A program made the translations under genes and the position numbers. From the NCBI GenBank assembly GCA_043818275.1, contig JBDRFY010000041.1, positions 1-18,480 on the forward strand: 18,480 nucleotides of DNA. Direction: 5' to 3'. Position 1 is the first letter of the stretch; every line of letters starts with the position of its first letter. The DNA is from a bacterium. Lineage in GTDB: Bacteria; Babelota; Babeliae; Babelales; JAUWHS01. Positions 8,498 through 15,602 of this stretch are shown here, one piece after another. The notes under the pieces are model-generated. The model was not told the origin of the DNA. It did no database searches and saw only the letters and a list, made by a program, of their open reading frames with translations.

Positions 8498-8523
8498 CCA
8501 TCTGAAGCCTTGGCGAAAGATGG
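8498..8523 (+). repeat. Family-B REP-like hairpin overlapping the CCA end of tRNA-Leu
   Basis: CCATCT-GAAG-CCTTGG-CGAA-AGATGG. The final TGG (8521-8523) is the complement of the tRNA CCA. Confidence 0.8.
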
Positions 8524-8607
8524 TGCCGAGGAGGAGACTCGAACTCCTATGGGATTTCTCCCGCTGCCCCCTTAAAGCAGTGCGTCTACCAGTTTCGCCA
8601 CCTCGGC
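8521..8607 (-). tRNA. tRNA-Leu with anticodon AAG
   Basis: GCCGAGG...CCTCGGC-A-CCA with a long variable arm (GGGA-GAAA-TCCC) and anticodon arm CTGCT-TT-AAG-GG-GGCAG. Confidence 0.92.
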
Positions 8608-8654
8608 ACAACACGCATTATTTTGGAAAAAATTCTTTGTTTATAACAATGCGA

Positions 8655-8683
8655 AATTTATCATATTCTAATTGTATTGGCAA
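8655..8683 (-). promoter_or_regulatory. Sigma70-type promoter for tRNA-Leu
   Basis: -35 TTGCCA (8683-8678), a 17-nt spacer containing the extended -10 TG, and -10 TAAATT (8660-8655). Confidence 0.65.
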
Positions 8684-8709
8684 ATGTTAAATTGGACAAA
8701 TTTAAAGAT

Positions 8710-8747
8710 AATTCAGGGTGATTTTAGTTTTAAAATCACCCTGAATT
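8710..8747. terminator. Perfect 17-bp inverted repeat downstream of the Pro-rich gene cluster (probable terminator or mRNA-stabilising hairpin)
   Basis: AATTCAGGGTGATTTTA-GTTT-TAAAATCACCCTGAATT. The U-tract is weak. Confidence 0.55.
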
Positions 8748-8792
8748 CAACAGCTGTGTAATTTTTTAAATTTATTATTTAATTTTTTAAGC

Positions 8793-10436
8793 TCAAGACA
8801 TTGGAGGTGGCGCCTCTGGCATTGGAACAAATGACATAGGAGAAGGTGGTACTGGCGGCATATTCATTGGCATTTGAGGTATAGGTTGAGGTGGAATTGA
8901 AGCAAGAGGTTCCATCCCTGTTGACTGAATTGTCATATCCATGGAAGGCGGTGGAGATACTTCAACTTCTTCTTTTCCATCTTCTTCAACCCGTTGTTTT
9001 ACAGCCAAAACAAATTTTTCAAGTCGGGGTAAAAATATTCTGTTATAAATCCCACTTGATACTATTCCTATTTTTTCAAGAACATAACTACCAAAATCTA
9101 AAACTTTGCCAAATGCAAACTCTAATTTATTTCTTATTTCGCCTTTTTCTTCTCTCGCCATCTCCATAGATAATCCAAGTTGCTTCATTAATTCCTGATA
9201 TTTTTTCAATGCCGCTTTTTGTGTTTTAAGTTCAGCTAATAATTTCTTTTTTTCTTCAATCTGCATTTCTTCCTGTTTAATTTGTTTCTTTTTTTCTGAT
9301 AGTTGCCCAATCTTTTTTTCATAACTCATCATCTGATCATCAAATTTTTTAGTCAAATCATCTGCAGTTAAACTTTCTTGTGGGATTGGGGCTATTTGAG
9401 TTGGCTCAACTCCTATTTTATCTATAATGTTCTCTTCTGCTTTAAATATTTTATTAAACCAGTTCTTGATCCAATCAATCATGTCAACAAAACTATCTAT
9501 TACAAAAGCTATTACATCCGCAACTCTTTGTGTAAGGGTTGATTGTATTTTAACCTTTTTTTTTACAACTACCGGCGGCTCAATTTTTTGAGGTAAAATA
9601 ATAGCCGCACTTTTATTTTTAATCACATTCATTTTTGTATTTACATTTTGAATTTTATTCTGAATCTGAGAAACAACATTAGTAAATTCCTGAGAAAAAG
9701 GTCCCTGCAAACTTGCCTGAATTCCCTGAATTTGATCAGCAACCATATTTAACTGATTTAATAATTCCTGAGCTTGTTCAACTGTTTGGGCATTTAATAT
9801 TTGCGCCTTCGTTTGACGCGCGCCTAATTCCTGACCTTTAGCCTGATTGAACTGATTTTCTAATTCATTAATTTTTGCCATCAAATTTTCTTCTTGCTGT
9901 TCAATGGAATCTATATCTATTTTTAATTGTTCTAAAGCCTGCTTCTGTTTATTTATTTCTAATTCTTCCGGTGATACAGGAAGACCAACAGAAACTTGTT
10001 GCATTGTTGATTCAGTAATAATTTGTGGCCGAGCAACAGGTACTGGTGGTGGAGGAACCTGAACAGGAACTACCTCAACAGGTTGAGCAACTAGTTCAAT
10101 TTGCGCAATTTCAACAGGAGCAGAAATAGGTTCTTCAACAGGTGATGGAATTGGGGGCATTTCTGTTTGAGCAATATCAATAGAAGCATATTCTTCAGAA
10201 GGAACATTTTCCGGCAAAGGTAGAAGCAATTCTTCAGCTGGTGGAACATCAACTAAAACTTCAGTCTCAACAGGAACATTTGTTGGCTCAGGAATATCTA
10301 TTTCAGGAGGTGGCAGCAAATCAAATTCTTCAGTTGGTTCTTCAGGAAGAGGAATAACCTCTGCTTCCATTGGCATAGAATTTAAAGAAAAAATAAAAAT
10401 ATTTAAAATAAACAAAATAAATATCTTTTTTAACAT
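8793..10436 (-). CDS. Secreted Pro-rich coiled-coil hypothetical protein A (547 aa)
   Basis: Signal peptide MLKKIFILFILNIFIFSLNS, a Pro/Glu-rich N-terminal region, two coiled-coil segments each followed by an amphipathic helix, and a Pro/Met-rich tail. AAGGAG Shine-Dalgarno. Confidence 0.85.
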   Translation of the reverse strand: MLKKIFILFILNIFIFSLNSMPMEAEVIPLPEEPTEEFDLLPPPEIDIPEPTNVPVETEVLVDVPPAEELLLPLPENVPSEEYASIDIAQTEMPPIPSPVEEPISAPVEIAQIELVAQPVEVVPVQVPPPPVPVARPQIITESTMQQVSVGLPVSPEELEINKQKQALEQLKIDIDSIEQQEENLMAKINELENQFNQAKGQELGARQTKAQILNAQTVEQAQELLNQLNMVADQIQGIQASLQGPFSQEFTNVVSQIQNKIQNVNTKMNVIKNKSAAIILPQKIEPPVVVKKKVKIQSTLTQRVADVIAFVIDSFVDMIDWIKNWFNKIFKAEENIIDKIGVEPTQIAPIPQESLTADDLTKKFDDQMMSYEKKIGQLSEKKKQIKQEEMQIEEKKKLLAELKTQKAALKKYQELMKQLGLSMEMAREEKGEIRNKLEFAFGKVLDFGSYVLEKIGIVSSGIYNRIFLPRLEKFVLAVKQRVEEDGKEEVEVSPPPSMDMTIQSTGMEPLASIPPQPIPQMPMNMPPVPPSPMSFVPMPEAPPPMS

Positions 10437-10454
10437 TCCAATCTCCTTTAAATT

Positions 10455-11090
10455 TTATTGTGCTAAAGCTCTAGCAAATTCTTTTTCCTTTTTTTCTAAT
10501 TCTTTTGTTTGTTTTCCTCGTTCAAATCCTAGTGTTTGGTATGTAATATCCAATTGCTTATCAATATTAGAAAATTGACCATATAAATTTTTTCTTAAAT
10601 TTTCAATTAAATCTAAATTATTTTTGATCCTCTGCATTGTTTGCTCTGCCCGATCTAAAATATTTTGTAACTCCGCAACCCTTGGAGTTTGAATTAAAGG
10701 AGGTGTTGCTTCTGTCAAATTTTTTTGCTTGTCTGGTCCCGCATCGATCCAAGGAAATTGATTTTCAGTAACAGAAGGAACAACTGGAGATGGCGCTACA
10801 GTAGTTGGAGCTCCAGGAATTGTAGGCCCAGCAGAAACAGGTAATTGTTGCGCTGGTATTGGAGCAGAAACAGGAAACTGTTGGGCAAGCATTGGAGCGC
10901 TAATAGGTTGTGGGATAGGCATAGGAACCGGTCCTGGCATTCCCCCGGGAATTGGCGGCGGCATTTGAATATCCTGAGAAAATTCAAGATCACCTTCAGG
11001 AAAATCAGCCATCGGATCTTCCATTCCAGGCATCGCTATTAAATTTTTAAAAAAAATGAAAACCAAAACAGTTAAATTAAAAACTTTCAT
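10455..11090 (-). CDS. Secreted Pro-rich coiled-coil hypothetical protein B (211 aa)
   Basis: Signal peptide followed by MPGM, a Pro-rich region with an 11-aa tandem repeat, and a C-terminal coiled coil. GGGAG Shine-Dalgarno. Confidence 0.85.
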   Translation of the reverse strand: MKVFNLTVLVFIFFKNLIAMPGMEDPMADFPEGDLEFSQDIQMPPPIPGGMPGPVPMPIPQPISAPMLAQQFPVSAPIPAQQLPVSAGPTIPGAPTTVAPSPVVPSVTENQFPWIDAGPDKQKNLTEATPPLIQTPRVAELQNILDRAEQTMQRIKNNLDLIENLRKNLYGQFSNIDKQLDITYQTLGFERGKQTKELEKKEKEFARALAQ

Positions 11091-11182
11091 GAAAGTTCTC
11101 CCGACAAATTAATTTTATTTTACTGAAAATAAATATTATCAGGAGTTTGTTTGAGAAATCAATTCTTTAAAAAAGCAATGGT

Positions 11183-12535
11183 TTAAAACATAGGCTCTTG
11201 AGAAAGTTGTGATATATCTTTAGGTGTTTCTGGTATAGGCATCACCGGTTGAGCAACAGGTATTACTTGTTGCGGTTCAGCAACTTGTAACTGTGGTAAC
11301 TTAGGTTTTTTAGATTTAACTTTCTGTTGAGATTCACCACTCAGAAAATTAACTATTGTCTTGTACCATTTATAAATTTTTGCAGCCAAATCAACAAAGA
11401 AATTAAAAATTTTGTCCTTTGATTCAGCTTCTTCTTTCTTAACTTCAATTTCTTTCTGAATTTGTTGACCTGCTCTTAATGCATCAAGTTCTTTTAATTT
11501 AAGTTCCTCTAATCTTTTTGCCCGATTAATCACAATAAAACCGTTATTTTCTAAATTAGTAATACCAGATCTCACCTGACTGATTTGAGATCTTATAGAT
11601 GATAAAACAGAATCCATGTTTCTCATTAATGTTGTCTGAACATACTGCTTTGAAACTTTAATCTTTTCTAAAATATTTCCTTTTAACTCATAATAAGCCA
11701 GCCGGGCCTTTTTATCATCAATCATATTCCATATATCGCGAATTAAATCATTAGCTTTTTGCGCATCAAGTTTTGCTATATTAATTTGTTCATCCAATTT
11801 ATTTACACGATCTTGAAGCGATTTATCTAAATCTTCAATAGACTTCATATCCAAATTAAATTGTTCTAAATTATTCTTCATAGATTTAATTTCATCTTCA
11901 ACAATATCAATTTTAACTTCCATCTCACTTGTAACACCTTCATCCTCACCTGTTGCCTTTATTCTTGCAACTTTTTTTTGCCTTCTTTTTTCTAAATAAT
12001 TTAGTAATTCATCAAAAACCGTTTGCATCTCTCCGTACTTAAAACCAATTTGTCTATAAAAATTATCCAATTCATTATCAATAGAATTAATTTTATTTGT
12101 GTAAGAACCTCTAGATTGTTCAATTTGATCAACCAGATCCTGAATTTGATCGTTCACCTCTAAACTGTACTTCAACCATTCTCTTTTTTTTACCCAATTT
12201 CCCTGATTACCAACTGTTTCATCTTGCAACAAAACCGTTTGAGCGCCCATTGAACGCCCGCTATTCATTATTGGCATTTGAGAAGATTGAATTGGCATTG
12301 AAACAGGAACAGACATAGGCATTGGTTCTGGTAGAGGAGGCGGCGGAACTTGCATTTGTGTCATAGGAGAAATAGGCATTACTGGTTGTTCGATAGGAAT
12401 TGGTTGTAACGGCATAGAATTTGGTTGCGGTACATTTTCAATCATTGGCATGCCAGGCATAGAATTAATTTTAATAAAGGATAAAAACAAACTAACAACC
12501 CAAAACAAACCAAATGAAAAACAACTCTTTTTCAT
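11183..12535 (-). CDS. Secreted Pro-rich coiled-coil hypothetical protein C (450 aa)
   Basis: Signal peptide followed by MPGM, a Pro/Met-rich region, GNWVKKREW, a long coiled coil and the amphipathic helix FFVDLAAKIYKWYKTIVNFL. Confidence 0.85.
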   Translation of the reverse strand: MKKSCFSFGLFWVVSLFLSFIKINSMPGMPMIENVPQPNSMPLQPIPIEQPVMPISPMTQMQVPPPPLPEPMPMSVPVSMPIQSSQMPIMNSGRSMGAQTVLLQDETVGNQGNWVKKREWLKYSLEVNDQIQDLVDQIEQSRGSYTNKINSIDNELDNFYRQIGFKYGEMQTVFDELLNYLEKRRQKKVARIKATGEDEGVTSEMEVKIDIVEDEIKSMKNNLEQFNLDMKSIEDLDKSLQDRVNKLDEQINIAKLDAQKANDLIRDIWNMIDDKKARLAYYELKGNILEKIKVSKQYVQTTLMRNMDSVLSSIRSQISQVRSGITNLENNGFIVINRAKRLEELKLKELDALRAGQQIQKEIEVKKEEAESKDKIFNFFVDLAAKIYKWYKTIVNFLSGESQQKVKSKKPKLPQLQVAEPQQVIPVAQPVMPIPETPKDISQLSQEPMF

Positions 12536-12606
12536 ACCACCAACCTTTTTAATTCTCCCTCACTTTTTTTAATACATTAAAATCATTATACAACAGAAAT
12601 ATGAAA

Positions 12607-13068
12607 TTATAATGTTCTTGCTAATTCTTTTAATTCTTTGAAAAGAGCTTTTTCCAATTCCTCCGCTTCAACTGATGTATAACTCCATTGCACTCCCTGA
12701 TCAACTCTTGTCAAAATCGATCTGTCACATTTGATATCTATAATATCAATTCTGACAATATTCATTAAAGGATGAACCTGAGATGGCGCCCTTACAACTC
12801 CAGCCCTACCTAAAATGCTATACGCAACATTACCTTCACCAAGAAAACAAATCATCACTTTTTTTTGCCAAACCATATTTTGATAACCCGTGTGTTCCTT
12901 GTGAATGCTAAGAAGTAAGCTTTCTTCCCCCTTTGGATAAATACATTGAATTGGAGTTGTATTCGGAATTCCTTTTTCCGAAAAAGTTGCTAACACTGCT
13001 ACGGTTTTTTCTCTTCTTAAAAGTTCTATTAAATCTTCGGGTAATTTCACCCCTACATGTTTTGCCAT
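12607..13068 (-). CDS. Pyridoxamine 5'-phosphate oxidase-family (FMN-binding split barrel) protein
   Basis: VAVLATFSEKGIPNTTPI and TGYQNM...KVMICF fit the PNPOx-like pattern. The start is taken as MAKHV (13068) because the 13098 start lies inside a repeat hairpin. Confidence 0.75.
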   Translation of the reverse strand: MAKHVGVKLPEDLIELLRREKTVAVLATFSEKGIPNTTPIQCIYPKGEESLLLSIHKEHTGYQNMVWQKKVMICFLGEGNVAYSILGRAGVVRAPSQVHPLMNIVRIDIIDIKCDRSILTRVDQGVQWSYTSVEAEELEKALFKELKELARTL

Positions 13069-13085
13069 ATTTTTATAACATCCCC

Positions 13086-13135
13086 TTCTACTTCGCATAA
13101 AGCTTCGTAGAATACTGCGAAGTTTTAACGAAGCA
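13086..13135. repeat. Inverted pair of family-B REP-like hairpins (BIME/REPIN-like doublet)
   Basis: 13086-13112 on the minus strand reads TTCTAC-GAAG-CTTTATG-CGAA-GTAGAA. 13116-13135 on the plus strand reads TGC-GAAG-TTTTAA-CGAA-GCA. Confidence 0.8.
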
Positions 13136-13172
13136 CGTAATAAATTTTAAAGTTAAACATAAAAAGACAAAA

Positions 13173-14336
13173 CTACTGCATTAAATTTAAAACTACCTCA
13201 TTTTCTAAAAACATACCTTTTAAAGTAAGTTGAATATTCTTGCCATCAGTTTTAACCAAGCCTTCTGACTCAAGAAATTTTATATTTTCAAGAAACTTAT
13301 TTTTAAAAGAAGAATTCTTTAACAAGTATAGCATATGCTGCAAGCCCACTCCTTTGTTCTGCCTTAAACCCAGCATTAAAGTTTCTAAATATTCTTGTTC
13401 TTTAGTTAAGTCTTCAACATTAAACGTGGCCCCCGTAGATGAATTTTTAACATACAAAGGTAAATTTTTGTAATTAATAAATCTTCTTTTCCCGTCAAAC
13501 GAACTCGCAGATAATCCAAACCCTTTGTATGGTTCACGGTCCCAATAAGCTATATTATGAATTGAGCGAAATCCAGATTTTGCAAAATTTGATATTTCAT
13601 ACTGTTCAAACCCATGTTTTCTTAAAAAATCAATACTCTTTTTATACAAAAAAATATTTTCTTTTTCTGAAGGTAAAATTATTTCACCACTTTTCACTCT
13701 AAAATACAGCTTTGTCTTTTCATATACTGTCAAAAAATACACTGAAACATGATTTACTGGCCAGGATGCAATAGTTTTTAAAGTATTAAACCAAATTAAA
13801 TTATTTACACCGGGAAGACCAAGAATAAGATCTACAGAAATATTGTCAAAGTATTTAGAAGCAATTGTCATTAAATTAAGAACATCCTGAGTTTTTTGGG
13901 TTCGACCTAAATTTTGCAACACTTCATCATCTAAAACCTGAATCCCTAAACTTAACCTATTTATGCCCAACTTCCTCCAGGTTTTCAATTTTTCTTCTGT
14001 TACATCTGCCGGATTGCATTCGATTGTAAATTCCTTCAAACAGGATAAATCAAATTTGTTGTTTAATATTTCAACTAATTCTTTTAACGATTCCAACGGA
14101 CAAAGGCTTGGGCTTCCCCCGCCTAAAAAAATTGTTTTAACCGTTTTTTTGATATTATTATCCAAATAATTTGAAAAAAAAGTTATTTCTTCCATCAATG
14201 CCTGATGATATTCATTTATAAAATCATCATGTTTTGCAAAAGAAATAAAATCACAATAATGACATTTATTTTTACAAAATGGCCAATGAATATAAATCCC
14301 TTGCGGGAAGATATTTTTTTGCCAACAAAATTTCAT
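13173..14336 (-). CDS. hemW: Radical SAM heme chaperone HemW (HemN-like)
   Basis: YIHWPFCKNKCHYCDF (CxxxCxxC), GGGSPS, TIECNP, RLSLGIQ, YEISNF and the HemW signature HNxxYW (HNIAYW). Confidence 0.92.
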   Translation of the reverse strand: MKFCWQKNIFPQGIYIHWPFCKNKCHYCDFISFAKHDDFINEYHQALMEEITFFSNYLDNNIKKTVKTIFLGGGSPSLCPLESLKELVEILNNKFDLSCLKEFTIECNPADVTEEKLKTWRKLGINRLSLGIQVLDDEVLQNLGRTQKTQDVLNLMTIASKYFDNISVDLILGLPGVNNLIWFNTLKTIASWPVNHVSVYFLTVYEKTKLYFRVKSGEIILPSEKENIFLYKKSIDFLRKHGFEQYEISNFAKSGFRSIHNIAYWDREPYKGFGLSASSFDGKRRFINYKNLPLYVKNSSTGATFNVEDLTKEQEYLETLMLGLRQNKGVGLQHMLYLLKNSSFKNKFLENIKFLESEGLVKTDGKNIQLTLKGMFLENEVVLNLMQ

Positions 14337-14507
14337 ATATTCCTAATTTTTTTTAATCTTAATACAAGATAGCCCACCCAATACAACAATTGGAATATAC
14401 TAAAATATCTCAAATCAAACAAATTATGTATGTTTTTTTATTTTAGATAAGTATCCTTAACAAGGCTAAAAGATTAAATACTGGTGGCCGATGTTAGTAA
14501 ATAACTG

Positions 14508-14547
14508 AAAAAAGAAAAAGGCCTGAGTTTTTACCCCGGACCTTTTT
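14508..14547 (-). terminator. Putative, possibly bidirectional, intrinsic terminator
   Basis: Minus strand reads AAAAAGGTCCGGGG-TAAAAA-CTCAGGCCTTTTT-CTTTTTT, an imperfect stem with T-tracts on both strands. Confidence 0.5.
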
Positions 14548-14556
14548 ATCCTAACT

Positions 14557-14584
14557 TTGCCAAAACAAACTTTCCTGCTAAAAT
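14557..14584 (+). promoter_or_regulatory. Sigma70-type promoter for the gene at 14624
   Basis: TTGCCA, a 16-nt spacer ending in TGC, and TAAAAT. Confidence 0.6.
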
Positions 14585-14623
14585 CAGACAACTTTTTCAC
14601 TTATAAATTTAATAGGAATAAAA

Positions 14624-15265
14624 ATGTTTAAAAAATTATTTTTCATCGCAAGCCTGTTTTTGTTCTCTTCAATTTTTGCAAAAGAAGAAAATCAAAAAAC
14701 TTCCAATGTTGAAGGAACACAACAAGAAGTAAAAATAAAATCAAAGTATTTAGATTATCTTTTGGAATTGTATGCAAATGATAAATGGGGTTTTATGGGA
14801 AAAAAGTTTATTGATGAATTGAACGCGCTATATGACAGACGAAGCGCGCAATTTAAGCAAACCTCTTTCACTATATTGGGAACAACATTAGGTTTAGTCT
14901 TATTAATACTCATTTTAAAATCACAAGAACATCCTGATGTTGAAATGCAATTGTGGGGAGCAGGAGGAGTATTTTTTTTAATAACAGCTCTTATATACAA
15001 GTTAATCATTAAATTAAACACAGATAACAGGAATATAACAATTCTTACAAATTTTCTATTAAAATGGCATTTATATAAAAAGGTAACTCCAGAAGAATTA
15101 CATTTATTTTTTGAAAAATTCATTCAAAAATTAAAAAGAACAAATTTCATATACATAAATTCCCAAGAAGCAAGAGAAATAATTGAAGGAATACAATCTC
15201 AAATTATAAATAACCACTTAAAGTATTATGGGAAACATAGCAAACTCTTCGATTCAACTTATTAA
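14624..15265 (+). CDS. Hypothetical membrane protein (signal peptide plus two TM helices)
   Basis: Signal peptide MFKKLFFIASLFLFSSIFA and hydrophobic segments TILGTTLGLVLLILIL and LWGAGGVFFLITALIY. AGGA Shine-Dalgarno. Confidence 0.8.
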   Translation: MFKKLFFIASLFLFSSIFAKEENQKTSNVEGTQQEVKIKSKYLDYLLELYANDKWGFMGKKFIDELNALYDRRSAQFKQTSFTILGTTLGLVLLILILKSQEHPDVEMQLWGAGGVFFLITALIYKLIIKLNTDNRNITILTNFLLKWHLYKKVTPEELHLFFEKFIQKLKRTNFIYINSQEAREIIEGIQSQIINNHLKYYGKHSKLFDSTY

Positions 15266-15591
15266 TTTTTCTTTTTATCAAATTTTGCATCAAGTAAAAA
15301 GGGATTCTTTGATTTCGAAATTTCATCCCCAATTACTTTTATAATATTACCTAACCGCTCAAAATCTAATATAGTTACAGGATTTTCATCATTCAATATC
15401 TTTTTCAACCACTCCCAATCGTCACAAAAAGAACCAATTCCTGTCTTTATTTCTTTATCATACAATTCATATGGTTTTAAAACAGTCAAATAATAATCTT
15501 CATTAATATCAATTTCACTAAATCCATTTTTTTCAGCCGATGTTAAAATACATTTAAATATTTTTTTTAAATCATTTAGTAATATTTTCAT
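15262..15591 (-). CDS. Putative immunity protein of the upstream polymorphic toxin
   Basis: Small cytoplasmic protein (109 aa) starting 11 nt after the toxin stop, with a GGGAG Shine-Dalgarno. The pattern EDYY...IGSFCDDWEWLKKIL resembles, from memory and not a search, proteins encoded after Rhs-type toxin tips. Confidence 0.65.
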   Translation of the reverse strand: MKILLNDLKKIFKCILTSAEKNGFSEIDINEDYYLTVLKPYELYDKEIKTGIGSFCDDWEWLKKILNDENPVTILDFERLGNIIKVIGDEISKSKNPFLLDAKFDKKKN

Positions 15592-15602
15592 ATCTAAGCT
15601 CC

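Noticed and set aside
8521..8607. Reading the tRNA-Leu anticodon as TAA
   Set aside because: That register would require ACTGC to pair with GGGCA, which fails. The CTGCT/GGCAG stem places AAG at 34-36.
8490..8690. 66-aa ORF on the plus strand
   Set aside because: It is an antisense shadow of tRNA-Leu (MVPRRRLEL is a typical tRNA reverse-complement translation).
14337..14507. Possible riboswitch or ncRNA upstream of hemW
   Set aside because: No recognisable aptamer consensus or stable multi-stem structure is visible by eye. An Rfam cmscan would be needed to exclude it.
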